Translations under genes and position numbers: made by a program
The notes under the pieces: generated by a model
The model's input: the letters and a program-made list of their open reading frames with translations, nothing else
What the model was told of the DNA's origin: nothing
Databases searched by the model: none
NCBI GenBank assembly: GCA_045225155.1
Contig: JBGVBB010000159.1
Coordinates: forward strand, 1 to 59,364
Reading direction: 5' to 3'
Origin: Elusimicrobiaceae bacterium
GTDB lineage: Bacteria > Elusimicrobiota > Elusimicrobia > Elusimicrobiales > Elusimicrobiaceae
Length of the DNA: 59,364 nucleotides
In this document: piece by piece, positions 27,423-37,100 of the stretch
Layout: every line of letters starts with the position of its first letter
Position numbering within the stretch: position 1 is the first letter of the stretch

Positions 27423-28304
27423 ATGAAAAACGGTTTTATAAAAACTGCTGTACTGATTTTAGGTGCGGCAGTTTTTATGTCTTGCTCCGGTAAAAACGAA
27501 CAAGACTTGCAAGACGGCAAATTAAATATTGCCGTTTCAAGTTATGTTCCGTATACTTTTGCACAATCTGTTTTGGGCGGTACGGTAAATTTAACTTTGC
27601 TTATTCCGCCCAGTGTTGAAGCCCATGCTTTTGAGCCAAGCCCAAAAACAATTAAAGAAGTAAAACAAGCGCAAATTTTCTTTTACATTTCAAATAATTT
27701 AGAGCCATGGGCTTCAAAAATTGATCCAAACGGTATAATGCTTGCACAAAATTTACCGCAAGTTTTGCCGGGGGATCCGCATGTTTGGATGAATTTTGAT
27801 AATGCCAAAATTATTGCTAAGAATTTGGCTGATAATGTTATGCAAAAGTACCCGGATTTGGAAAAAGAAATTAAGCCCAGATACACCACTTTTGCGACGG
27901 AAATGGAAAGCCTAAAATTTTTATATTCCAAAATTATGTCTACTTGTAAAAATGACACAATTTACCACGTGGGGCATTTGGCTTTTGGCTATATTGCACG
28001 TGATTACGGCTTAAAATTTAAGGCATTATTTTCTGCCGATATGGAGCAAGAACCCAGCGCAAAAGAAATAGCAAATTTAGTTAAAGAAATTAAAGAAAAT
28101 GATGTCAAATATATATTTTCGGAAGAACAATTAAACCCGGCTTTGGCAAAAACGATAGCCAAAGAAACAGGTGCAAAAATTTTAATGTTAAATACCGTTG
28201 AAGGTATTACTAAACAAGAATTCGCCGAAGGTAAAACTTACCAGGACCTTATGCTTGAAAACTTAAAAAATCTTGCAATAGGCCTTGAATGTAAAGGGGA
28301 ATAA
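27423..28304 (+). CDS. Metal (Zn/Mn-type, ZnuA/TroA family) ABC transporter substrate-binding lipoprotein
   Basis: Lipobox 'FMSC'. Cluster-9 SBP pattern 'H.FEPSPK', 'DPHVWM', 'H.AF.Y'. Metal specificity is not determinable from the sequence. Confidence 0.82.
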   Translation: MKNGFIKTAVLILGAAVFMSCSGKNEQDLQDGKLNIAVSSYVPYTFAQSVLGGTVNLTLLIPPSVEAHAFEPSPKTIKEVKQAQIFFYISNNLEPWASKIDPNGIMLAQNLPQVLPGDPHVWMNFDNAKIIAKNLADNVMQKYPDLEKEIKPRYTTFATEMESLKFLYSKIMSTCKNDTIYHVGHLAFGYIARDYGLKFKALFSADMEQEPSAKEIANLVKEIKENDVKYIFSEEQLNPALAKTIAKETGAKILMLNTVEGITKQEFAEGKTYQDLMLENLKNLAIGLECKGE

Positions 28305-29107
28305 TGAATATTTTAGAAATTAAAAATTTATCTTTTTCTTATACCGGGCAAACCGTTTTAAAAAATATAAATTTTAAAATTACGGAAGGTGATTATATTG
28401 CCTTGCTCGGCCCAAACGGTAGCGGAAAGACAACTTTAATTAAACTCTTGCTCGGTTTGTTACCGAACAAAAGAGGGAAAATAAATTTATTTGACAGTGA
28501 TTTACAAAAATTTCATGCTTGGCAAATTATCGGTTACCTTGAGCAAAAAACAAGCACACCGCGCAATATGCCTATGACGGCTTTCGCCGTCGTTCGCCTT
28601 GGGCTTTTGTCCACCAAAAAAGGTTTTAAAATTTTTAATAAAGAAGATAATGAAAAAACAATTTCTTTAATGAAAAAGTTGCGTTGTTTTAGTTATAAAG
28701 ACAAATTATTTGCCGAACTTTCCGGCGGGCAACAACAACGTGTTTTGCTTGCAAGAACTTTGATAAATGAACCTAAATTTTTAATTTTGGATGAGCCCTC
28801 AACCGCCTTAGATAGTTCTTCAAGGGATGAATTTTTTGAAATAATTTCCGCTTTAAACAAAGAAAAGAAAACAACAATTTTGTTGGTTACGCATGATATC
28901 TCACAAGTCGGTAAATATGTAAACAAATTCTTGGTTTTGGATAAGGAAATTATTTTTTACGGTTCAAAGGAAGATTTCTGTGATTCCAAAGAAGTTACGG
29001 ATTATTTCGGCCCATACACCCAGCATTTAATTGACCATTTACATACGGAGGGAACTTGCCCTTTACCGCATATGCACGAACATAATCATGAGGGGGACTT
29101 GGTATGA
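28304..29107 (+). CDS. Metal ABC transporter ATP-binding protein with His-rich C-terminal tail
   Basis: 'GPNGSGKTT', 'LSGGQQQR' and 'ILDEP'. Tail 'HLIDHLHTEGTCPLPHMHEHNHEGD'. TGA stop overlaps the next ATG. Confidence 0.88.
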   Translation: MNILEIKNLSFSYTGQTVLKNINFKITEGDYIALLGPNGSGKTTLIKLLLGLLPNKRGKINLFDSDLQKFHAWQIIGYLEQKTSTPRNMPMTAFAVVRLGLLSTKKGFKIFNKEDNEKTISLMKKLRCFSYKDKLFAELSGGQQQRVLLARTLINEPKFLILDEPSTALDSSSRDEFFEIISALNKEKKTTILLVTHDISQVGKYVNKFLVLDKEIIFYGSKEDFCDSKEVTDYFGPYTQHLIDHLHTEGTCPLPHMHEHNHEGDLV

Positions 29108-29934
29108 GTTTTGCTGAATTTATCTCTTACGGTTTTGTGCAACGTGCTTTAATTTCCGGCATTTTGGTTGCTTTAATTACGGCAATGCTCGGCGTATTTT
29201 TGGTTTTGAAACGTCTTTCTTTGATTGGCGATAGTTTAAGCCATATCGCGCTTAGCGGTGTAGCAGTCGGTTTAATTTTAAATGTAACACCTATTTTTTG
29301 TGCTTTACCGATTGTAATGCTTAGTTCACTTGGCATTTTTAAACTCAGTAAAAACAAAAAAATTTATGCCGATAGTGCTTTAGGTATTGTATCCTCTGCC
29401 GGTATTGCTCTTGGTTTAATAATTGCTGCTCTTGCCGGTGGTTTTAATACGGATTTAATGGGTTTTTTGTTCGGTAATATTTTAACTGTAAGCCCTGCCG
29501 AAACTATTTTAAGCGTTGTGATTTTCCTTATTGTCGTTGCTTGTTTATACTTTTTTTATAACGCCTTAATTGCTACGGTTTTTGACGAACATTTTGCCAA
29601 AACCGCGGGTGTGGATACGGATAAAATCAATATTCTTTTAGTACTTTTAAGCGCGGTTGTAGTGGTGCTAGCCGTTAAAACAGTTGGTATAATGCTTGTG
29701 TCCGCTTTAATAATTATTCCGCCCACAAGTGCTTTGCAAATTGCCAAAAAATTTAAAAGTGTTTTAATTTATGCTTGTGCATTTTCAGTATTTGCCACAA
29801 TAGGCGGGGTGTATTTGTCTTTCCTTTTTAATTTACCTCCAAGTGCTTTAATAATAATTTTAAACTTAGTAATTTTAGCAGTATGCGGTTTGATAAAATA
29901 TGCAAAAACAAGAAAACTTAATAAAAGAGCTTAA
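29104..29934 (+). CDS. Metal ABC transporter permease (ZnuB/TroCD family)
   Basis: Polytopic, 276 aa, ABC-3 family pattern. Translationally coupled to the ATPase gene. Confidence 0.85.
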   Translation: MSFAEFISYGFVQRALISGILVALITAMLGVFLVLKRLSLIGDSLSHIALSGVAVGLILNVTPIFCALPIVMLSSLGIFKLSKNKKIYADSALGIVSSAGIALGLIIAALAGGFNTDLMGFLFGNILTVSPAETILSVVIFLIVVACLYFFYNALIATVFDEHFAKTAGVDTDKINILLVLLSAVVVVLAVKTVGIMLVSALIIIPPTSALQIAKKFKSVLIYACAFSVFATIGGVYLSFLFNLPPSALIIILNLVILAVCGLIKYAKTRKLNKRA

Positions 29935-30532
29935 AAAATTATATCCTAAAACCGAACCGGCCCTAAAGCATAAAAATGCTTTTGAAATGCTTTGTGCCGT
30001 TATACTTTCCGCACAATGTACGGATGCCCGCGTCAATTTGGTTACCCCCGAACTTTTTAAGCGTTTCGGCACACCGCAAAAGATGGCAAAAGCCAAAAGG
30101 GAAGATATTGAGCGTATTATAAAATCTACCGGTTTTTACCACGCAAAAGCGAAAAGTTTGCATGAAAGCGCAAAAAAAATTGTGGCTGATTTCGGCGGCG
30201 AAGTCCCGCAAACTATGGATGAACTTTTAACCTTGCAAGGTGTCGCACGCAAGACGGCAAATGTAGTGCTGGGCGATTGTTTTGATGTGGTTGAAGGTGT
30301 TGTTGTCGACACGCATGTTAAACGTCTTTCTTTCCGTTTAGGACTCACAAAAAATACCGATCCAAAAAAAGTGGAACAAGATTTAATGAAACTTTTCCCC
30401 AAAAAATATTGGTATTATTTAAGTAATGCTTTAATTTATCACGGTCGCCGTGTTTGCGATGCACGTAAACCGAATTGCACTGCTTGCACACTTGCCAAAC
30501 TCTGCCCAAAAAACGGCGTAAAAAATGTATAA
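29900..30532 (+). CDS. nth: Endonuclease III
   Basis: 'LSAQCTDARVN', HhH-GPD 'LQGVARKTANVVL' and the [4Fe-4S] loop C-x6-C-x2-C-x5-C ('CDARKPNCTACTLAKLC'). Confidence 0.93.
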   Translation: MQKQENLIKELKKLYPKTEPALKHKNAFEMLCAVILSAQCTDARVNLVTPELFKRFGTPQKMAKAKREDIERIIKSTGFYHAKAKSLHESAKKIVADFGGEVPQTMDELLTLQGVARKTANVVLGDCFDVVEGVVVDTHVKRLSFRLGLTKNTDPKKVEQDLMKLFPKKYWYYLSNALIYHGRRVCDARKPNCTACTLAKLCPKNGVKNV

Positions 30533-30565
30533 TATTTTTGAAGTTAATTTTTAAGGAGGAAGTGT

Positions 30566-30886
30566 ATGAATAAGTATTTTATTGACGTCATTAAAAATCA
30601 TTATTTTGATTTTAGTGGACGTGCAACACGCATGCAGTTTTGGATGTTTGCGTTGATTAATTTCATCGTAAGCATTGTTTTAGGTATTGTTGCAGGTATA
30701 GTCTTGAAAGGAAATGCAAATATAGTAAATATTATTTATGGCCTTGCCTTATTATTACCTAGTTTGGGTATCGCCGCCAGAAGACTTAGAGATGGTGGTT
30801 TTACCCCTTGGCTCCTTTTGCTACTTTTTGTTCCGGTTATCGGTTGGATTGCTTTATTAATCCTTTATATTATGCCGAGCAAATAA
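30566..30886 (+). CDS. DUF805-family inner membrane protein
   Basis: 'F.GRATR..FW.F.L' N-terminus and the 'RRLRD.G...W' motif. Three TM helices. Confidence 0.8.
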   Translation: MNKYFIDVIKNHYFDFSGRATRMQFWMFALINFIVSIVLGIVAGIVLKGNANIVNIIYGLALLLPSLGIAARRLRDGGFTPWLLLLLFVPVIGWIALLILYIMPSK

Positions 30887-30907
30887 GCAAAAAAGTAAGT
30901 TTTACAA

Positions 30908-30936
30908 AAGCCCCTGTTTTTAAACAGGGGTTTTGT
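30908..30936 (+). terminator. Rho-independent terminator
   Basis: cccctgttt pairs with aaacagggg (30911-30930), followed by TTTT. Confidence 0.75.
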
Positions 30937-31002
30937 TATATAAGGTAAAACTTCCCTTTCGTAATTTGCTAAAATATAAATATATAATTCAAAGGAGAAC
31001 TT

Positions 31003-31920
31003 ATGAAATTCAACAATTTTGATGAACTTATTGACCTTGTTAAAGGGCAAGAGAACTGCGTCGTAGTCCCCGGCGCAAATAATAAAGAGGCCTTAACCGC
31101 TATTAAAATGGCAGATGATAAAGGCCTTATTTCACACGGTATTTTAATCGGTGATACCGAAGTTGTTAAAAAGATGGTCCGCGAAGTCGGTTTACCGGAA
31201 GAAAAATTTGAATTTATACAATGCACAGATGTCCCGGAAATGTGCAATATTGCTGCCCGTATGGTTTATGAAGGCAAAGGTGATTTTTTAGTAAAAGGTC
31301 TTGTTGATACAAAATACTACATGAAAGCCATTTTAAATAAAGAATTCGGTTTTGTTCCGCAAGGCACACTTTTAACGCATTTCGTTTTATTTAAAACAAA
31401 TAAATACCCAAAAATGTTTGCGGTAACAGATTCCGCCGTCGTAATTGCACCTACATTAGAACAAAAAGCACAAATTGTCGGTAATGCGGTAGATATTTTC
31501 CATAAATGCGGTGTTGAAGAACCGAAAGTCGCCATCGTTTGCCCTGTGGAAAAGGTTAATGAAAAAATTCCTTCCACCGTTGATGCAGCCGCTTTAGTTC
31601 AAATGAATAAAGACGGTAAAATCGGCGGTTGTGTAGTTGAAGGGCCTTACGACTTGTATATTTCCGTTTCCAAAGAACGCGCTGAAGAAAAAGGTATTAA
31701 AGGTGCCCAAGTTGCCGGTAATGCAGATCTTTTAGTATTACCTGATTTGGATGCAGCCAACCCGTTCTATAAAGCACTTGCCTTCTTTGGTGACGGTGCC
31801 GAAGCGGCAGCAGTTTTGGCCGGGCCGAAAATCCCTGTAATTTTACCATCCCGTGCCGATAGCCCGAAACTTAAAATGAACTCCATTGCACTTTGCTGCT
31901 ATTTGAAAAATTTTAGGTAA
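31003..31920 (+). CDS. ptb: Phosphate butyryl/acetyl-transferase (PTA_PTB family, Ptb-sized)
   Basis: 305 aa. PTA_PTB family pattern ('D.AV...P......I..NA', 'ADLLV.PD..A.N..YK') with a Ptb-like length. No kinase gene is adjacent. Confidence 0.72.
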   Translation: MKFNNFDELIDLVKGQENCVVVPGANNKEALTAIKMADDKGLISHGILIGDTEVVKKMVREVGLPEEKFEFIQCTDVPEMCNIAARMVYEGKGDFLVKGLVDTKYYMKAILNKEFGFVPQGTLLTHFVLFKTNKYPKMFAVTDSAVVIAPTLEQKAQIVGNAVDIFHKCGVEEPKVAIVCPVEKVNEKIPSTVDAAALVQMNKDGKIGGCVVEGPYDLYISVSKERAEEKGIKGAQVAGNADLLVLPDLDAANPFYKALAFFGDGAEAAAVLAGPKIPVILPSRADSPKLKMNSIALCCYLKNFR

Positions 31921-31927
31921 CCTTAAC

Positions 31928-31955
31928 GGGGGCAAAAAATTGCCCCCGATTTTTT
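31928..31955 (+). terminator. Rho-independent terminator
   Basis: gggggcaa (31928-31935) pairs with ttgccccc (31940-31947), followed by a T-run that runs straight into the ATG at 31956. Confidence 0.75.
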
Positions 31956-33176
31956 ATGTGGAAAGAACATTGTAAATATTTTTTTAAAGTATTTTTAACG
32001 TGGGGGCTGCCTTGCCTCGCCGTAGGTATATTTATGATATTTTTTATCGCAAGCCATCGCCAACAAGTTGAACGCGAAAATGTACCTGAAGAAATTTATT
32101 TCAAAAAAGCACAAGGTAATTTAGGCCAGCCTTTGCAAAAATCTTTGCAAGAGGACGGTTTGAGCAAGGAAGATGCCCATAAAATTGTAAACAAACTTGA
32201 TACGGTGTTAAATATGCGCCGTGTTTCAAAATACGATAAATATTTGCTTACTTTGGACGAAAACGATAATTTTAAAATGCTGGTGGTGACAAAAGATTTT
32301 TCCAGGTATTTTGTAACTTCCGTTGACGGAGATCTCGTTGCAGGTATTCTAGATATTACCGTTGAAAACAGAAAACGCCAAGCAGTCGGTGAAGTTAAAG
32401 ATTTCTTATTTACTTCAATGCAATCCCAAGGTTTAAAGCCCGGTTTTATCTTAGATTTTACAGATGTCTTTTCTTGGGCAGTTGACTTTAATACAGAAAC
32501 ACGTGTAGGCGATAAATTTGCAGTTATTTGGGAAGAAGATTATACAAAAACCGGCCAAACCTTAAATGAAAACATAATAGCCGCTTATTACGGCGGTGAA
32601 GCAACCGGTAAAAATTATGCTTTTAGGTTCGAAGATGAATATTATGATGAAACCGGTAAGTTTTCAAAAAAAATGTTTTTAAAATCACCTATCAGTGTGC
32701 GCGGTGTTCGCATAACTTCCCGTTTTTCAAAAGGGCGTATGCATCCGATTTTGCGTATAAGGCGCCCGCATTTGGGTATCGATTATGCCGCACCTGTAGG
32801 TACGCCTGTAGAAACTGTGGCAGACGGTATTGTTAAATTTAAAGGTTGGAAAGGCGGTTTTGGAAACTATATGGAAGTTGCCCATCCAAACAATTACACT
32901 ACTTGTTACGGGCATTTAAAGAGTTATGCAAAAGGTATAAATGTAGGCACAAAAGTTAGGCAGGGGCAAACTATTGCTTATATCGGCAGCACAGGTTTAT
33001 CAACCGGCCCGCATTTGGATTTCCGTATAAGGCAAGGCAATAAATATTTTGACTTTTTGAACAGTAAACAACGTTCTTCCGCCGCACGCGAAATACCTGC
33101 GCAAAAACGCGAAGAATTTAATAAAATAAAAGAAGAATATAAGGCTTTGCTTGATAAAATTTTAGAAAATAAATAA
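31956..33176 (+). CDS. M23-family peptidoglycan metalloendopeptidase (membrane anchored)
   Basis: 'HLGIDYAAPVGTPV' and 'GSTGLSTGPHLDFR' (HxxxD / HxH motifs). N-terminal TM helix. Confidence 0.9.
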   Translation: MWKEHCKYFFKVFLTWGLPCLAVGIFMIFFIASHRQQVERENVPEEIYFKKAQGNLGQPLQKSLQEDGLSKEDAHKIVNKLDTVLNMRRVSKYDKYLLTLDENDNFKMLVVTKDFSRYFVTSVDGDLVAGILDITVENRKRQAVGEVKDFLFTSMQSQGLKPGFILDFTDVFSWAVDFNTETRVGDKFAVIWEEDYTKTGQTLNENIIAAYYGGEATGKNYAFRFEDEYYDETGKFSKKMFLKSPISVRGVRITSRFSKGRMHPILRIRRPHLGIDYAAPVGTPVETVADGIVKFKGWKGGFGNYMEVAHPNNYTTCYGHLKSYAKGINVGTKVRQGQTIAYIGSTGLSTGPHLDFRIRQGNKYFDFLNSKQRSSAAREIPAQKREEFNKIKEEYKALLDKILENK

Positions 33177-33186
33177 GAGGTGGCTT

Positions 33187-33762
33187 ATGACTAAAAAAAT
33201 TGTTTTAACAGGTGGCCCTGCTTCAGGGAAAACTACCATGCTTTCAATTTTAAAAGAGGAATACGGTACTGATATTGAGGTCGCAAAAGAAGCCGCGACC
33301 TTGGTTTACAGCGGCGGTTTCCCCAGAAATGACGCAAGCAAACGCTACACTTATCACGCCCAACGTATTATTTACACATGCACTAGGGAACTTGAAGATT
33401 TAGCTACCGAAGTTAACCCTAATGCAAAATTAATTTTGTGTGACAGAGGTTCTTTGGACGGTGCAGTCTATTGGCCATATGGTGCAGAAGATTTTTTAAA
33501 GGTTATGGGTACTGATGTTCAAACCGAATTTGAACGTTATTATGCGGTTATTCATATGTCCCCGCCAAGTGACCCGAAGTACTACCAAAATACTGCAGTT
33601 CGTATTGAAACTTTAGAACGTGCTTTGGAAGTTGACCGCGAAATTTTAAAAATTTGGGAAGGGCATCCGCGTCGTATAATTATACCAGCTTATGATGACT
33701 TTGTAGAAAAGGCCCTTTTAGTACGTAAAACCGTAAAACAAATTGTTAACGGGGAGATATAA
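33187..33762 (+). CDS. P-loop NTPase (AAA_28-like ATPase/kinase family)
   Basis: Walker A 'GGPASGKTT' at the N-terminus and a Walker-B-like 'LILCDRG'. Small single-domain size. Confidence 0.65.
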   Translation: MTKKIVLTGGPASGKTTMLSILKEEYGTDIEVAKEAATLVYSGGFPRNDASKRYTYHAQRIIYTCTRELEDLATEVNPNAKLILCDRGSLDGAVYWPYGAEDFLKVMGTDVQTEFERYYAVIHMSPPSDPKYYQNTAVRIETLERALEVDREILKIWEGHPRRIIIPAYDDFVEKALLVRKTVKQIVNGEI

Positions 33763-33764
33763 TT

Positions 33765-34145
33765 ATGTTGTTTGATTTTCTTAAACGTAAAAAAAAGACA
33801 TCTGACTCTTCAAAACCGGAAGAAAATAAAAAACCTCTTTCCATAGAAGAACGTTTGGAAAAGGAAAAGAAAAATTTACCTTCCGCCATTAAAAATATGA
33901 TTGATAAAGACCCTTCTTTAAAAGATCGCTTTATCAAAATTGCTAAACAAATGGAAGCAGACGGCGTTGATATGACATCTGTTTCCGCTATGCGTAAATG
34001 GGCAAAAGCCAATCAAAAAAAGATTCGGGAACAAGAATACGGCCAAGTTAAAACAGTTGTTAAAGGTAAAGAACCAGGCCGTAATGATCCTTGCCCTTGC
34101 GGTAGCGGTAAAAAATACAAAAAATGTTGCGGTGCAAATAAATAA
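33765..34145 (+). CDS. SEC-C motif domain protein
   Basis: C-terminal '[19 protein letters not shown]' is the SEC-C metal-binding motif. The remainder is charged and helical. Confidence 0.75.
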   Translation: MLFDFLKRKKKTSDSSKPEENKKPLSIEERLEKEKKNLPSAIKNMIDKDPSLKDRFIKIAKQMEADGVDMTSVSAMRKWAKANQKKIREQEYGQVKTVVKGKEPGRNDPCPCGSGKKYKKCCGANK

Positions 34146-34147
34146 AC

Positions 34148-35356
34148 ATGCGTTTTGAAAGTTTTGTAGCCAAGCGTTATTTAATGAGCCAAAGCAAAGG
34201 GGTGTTTTCCTTAATAACAACCCTTATCGGTGTGCTTGGTGTAGCGGTCGGTGTTGCTGCTTTAATAACAACATTAGCCGTTATGACTGGCTTTCAAAAC
34301 GATATAAAAAAACATGTAATCGGTGCGCAAGCACATATAATGGTGCTTGGCAAAATGCCGGAGGGCAGATACCAAAAAATTCAGGAACAAATTGAAACAA
34401 TTCCTCAAGTTGTTGCCACTGCCCCAACAATTTACGGGCAAGCAATTTTAAGTTATGCACAGTCTTCCCAAGGTGTTTTACTGCGTGGCCTTGATGCCGA
34501 ACAAGAGGCAAAAACAAACACTTTGGTTTCCTCTCTGGTAGAAGGTAGTTTTAAAGTGGCAGAAGGGTCAAACCTCCCGGCTTTAGTTTTAGGAACCGAA
34601 CTCGCCGATAATATGGGGCTTGATATTGATGATGAAGTCGTTTTAGTTTCACCCCAAGGGTTGGCAGGCGGTTTACCTAAAATGAAACGCTTTAAAGTTA
34701 CCGGCCTTTTAAAAACAGGTTATTATGATTTTGATAATACTATCGTTTATGCAGATTTACAAAATGCATCTGATTTTCTTGGCCTAAAAGGTGCTGTAAC
34801 AGGTGTAAATATCAAAGTCAAAAATCTTGATAAAGCCGATGAAGTTTCCGCACAAATTTCAAACACAATCGGATATCAATATACAGTCAAAACTTATGCT
34901 CAGATGAATCAAACTTTATATGCCGCTTTAAAACTTGAAAAGACTGTTATGTTCATAGTCCTATTTTTAATTATTATTGTGGCAGCTTTAAATATAACTT
35001 CAAATTTAATATTGTTTGGTACGGAAAAATTACGCGATATCGGCATACTTCGTACTTTAGGTGCAAGCCCGGCAAAAATAAGGCATATCTTTTTGCTTGA
35101 AGGCCTATTTATTGCAACTGCAGGTGTGGTTTTGGGTTTGATTTTGGCTTTCGTGCTTTGCTTTATAATTGAAAATACAAATATTGTGGAACTGCCCGCC
35201 GATATTTATTATTTAACTAAAGTACCTGTAAGCTTGCAACCCTTTGATATTTTATCTGTGGTTTTGGGCAGTTATTTAGTTTGTTTTATTTCGGCTTTAT
35301 ATCCTGCATATAAGGCCTCAAAAATAAACCCTGTGGATGCGGTGCGCTATGGCTAA
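34148..35356 (+). CDS. lolC: Lipoprotein-releasing system permease, LolC/E (FtsX/MacB-type) family
   Basis: Four-TM FtsX topology with a large periplasmic loop. 'RDIGILR.LGA' motif. Followed by lolD. Confidence 0.8.
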   Translation: MRFESFVAKRYLMSQSKGVFSLITTLIGVLGVAVGVAALITTLAVMTGFQNDIKKHVIGAQAHIMVLGKMPEGRYQKIQEQIETIPQVVATAPTIYGQAILSYAQSSQGVLLRGLDAEQEAKTNTLVSSLVEGSFKVAEGSNLPALVLGTELADNMGLDIDDEVVLVSPQGLAGGLPKMKRFKVTGLLKTGYYDFDNTIVYADLQNASDFLGLKGAVTGVNIKVKNLDKADEVSAQISNTIGYQYTVKTYAQMNQTLYAALKLEKTVMFIVLFLIIIVAALNITSNLILFGTEKLRDIGILRTLGASPAKIRHIFLLEGLFIATAGVVLGLILAFVLCFIIENTNIVELPADIYYLTKVPVSLQPFDILSVVLGSYLVCFISALYPAYKASKINPVDAVRYG

Positions 35357-36017
35357 TATTTTAGAAATTAAAAATTTAACAAAAATTTATAAAGAAGCGC
35401 AAAATGAAATATGTGTCTTGAAAGATGTTTCATTTTCTGTGGAAGAAGGCAAATTTATTGTATTTATCGGGCCGTCCGGTTCAGGTAAAACCACTTTGCT
35501 TAACTTGATTGCTTTGCTTGATAAGACCACTTCCGGCGGAATTATTTTTAAGGGTAAAGATTTAACAAAAATAGATGAAAAACTCGCCGCCAAAACACGC
35601 CTTACAGATATGGGGTTTGTGTTTCAATTTGATGCGTTATTACCTGAATTTACTGTTCTCGAAAATGTTTTAATGCCGGCTTTAATGGCAAATAAAAAAG
35701 CAAAGACATATGCTAAACATTTGCTTGAAAACTTTGGTATAGCTCACCTTGCAACTAAATTCCCGACATCTCTGAGTGGGGGGGAAAAGCAACGCGCTGC
35801 CCTTGCCCGTGCTTTAATAAATAAACCGCACTTACTTTTGGCTGATGAACCTACCGGCAATTTAGATACCCAAAGAAAAGAACAAATCTTCAAAGATTTT
35901 GCCCAAACAGCAAAAGAAGAAGGTACTACCATTTTAATGGTTACACACGATGTGCATGCTGCAAATTATGCAGATAAGTGCTACAAGATAGAAAACGGTA
36001 AAGTCCAAGAGATGTAA
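35349..36017 (+). CDS. lolD: Lipoprotein-releasing system ATP-binding protein LolD
   Basis: 'GPSGSGKTT', 'LSGGEKQR' and 'LLADEPTGNLD'. An alternative upstream ATG lies at 35337. Confidence 0.85.
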   Translation: MANILEIKNLTKIYKEAQNEICVLKDVSFSVEEGKFIVFIGPSGSGKTTLLNLIALLDKTTSGGIIFKGKDLTKIDEKLAAKTRLTDMGFVFQFDALLPEFTVLENVLMPALMANKKAKTYAKHLLENFGIAHLATKFPTSLSGGEKQRAALARALINKPHLLLADEPTGNLDTQRKEQIFKDFAQTAKEEGTTILMVTHDVHAANYADKCYKIENGKVQEM

Positions 36018-36026
36018 TAGTAAGTT

Positions 36027-37082
36027 TTAATCATTATTTGGTAAATGATACATTTCTAATTCACCTTTATTTATCTTGTTAATATTATCTACAATTTCTT
36101 GCCTAATGCGCAATCCTCTATTTAGAGGATTTCCATCTTCCGAACCCCAATTACTTATAGCAATAACGTTTTGGGGATCATTAGCTTTAAAAATAGGGCT
36201 GCCGCTATTACCACCTACTACATCGGCATTATGATAAACATAGTGTTTGTTTACCTTTCCAATACGGCCGAGCGATTTCCATAAAGATGCTTCTGGTTTA
36301 TCTGAGCCCCGGCCTATTATCACAATATTTGTCTGATATAACTGTATGGCTGACATAGCCCTTAGCCCTAACCAACCGGTTTCTTTGCCCAGGTCTTTAT
36401 CCAGAACAATAATACCGTAATCATATAGTCCCTCTTTGGCAAGATCCATGCGTTGATTAAATTCTTTTGCAAATTGTTTATATTTACTAGGTATCCATAA
36501 TTGTTTCGCTTTTGCATTAGGGAATGAAAATTTAGTATATTCAGTTGATATGTGTTTTGCAATGATTTCTTTTAATATATTAACCTGTAAGTTGATATAT
36601 GAGGTATTAGATGTTTGATTTGCGAGAGGCAGTTCCTCAAGCATGTTAATGCCCTTTTTGTAGTTGTTAAATATATTATTTAGTTTCTTTTTTGTCAATG
36701 GCATTCCTGTAGCATATATCCTTATTTTTCTTGCATATTTTTTATTGAAAAATAAACAATGTGCTACTGTTAATACAGTACGAGGCCCAACCATAGATCC
36801 TGAACAATGCATAGGTTCCCATGAGCCATTATGGTAGATTTCCATTTCAATTACAACTACCGCTCTTTCCGGGATGGAGGCTTTGCCGGTAATTTCTTCT
36901 CTATCGTCTTCTGCTACTATTATTGTTTCATCAGAATTGTGTTGTAAAGGTATATCTGAAACTGTTACCGTAGATTCCTGTAAAGATTCGGGTTCAAAAA
37001 CAGACCACATATTTTCCAGCGCTTGTAAAGGCAAAGCAAGCAATATAAAAACAGTAAACAAAGAAAGCAATAGTTTTTTCAT
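36027..37082 (-). CDS. Secreted trypsin-like (S1 family, S1B-like) serine protease, paralogue 1
   Basis: Signal peptide. Catalytic His 'TVAHC', Asp in 'YDYGIIVLD' and Ser in 'GGNSGSPIF'. The ATG at 37080-37082 has an AGGTG RBS. The ORF-track start is a GTG at 37091. Confidence 0.82.
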   Translation of the reverse strand: MKKLLLSLFTVFILLALPLQALENMWSVFEPESLQESTVTVSDIPLQHNSDETIIVAEDDREEITGKASIPERAVVVIEMEIYHNGSWEPMHCSGSMVGPRTVLTVAHCLFFNKKYARKIRIYATGMPLTKKKLNNIFNNYKKGINMLEELPLANQTSNTSYINLQVNILKEIIAKHISTEYTKFSFPNAKAKQLWIPSKYKQFAKEFNQRMDLAKEGLYDYGIIVLDKDLGKETGWLGLRAMSAIQLYQTNIVIIGRGSDKPEASLWKSLGRIGKVNKHYVYHNADVVGGNSGSPIFKANDPQNVIAISNWGSEDGNPLNRGLRIRQEIVDNINKINKGELEMYHLPNND

Positions 37083-37100
37083 AAATATCACCTGTTAACG

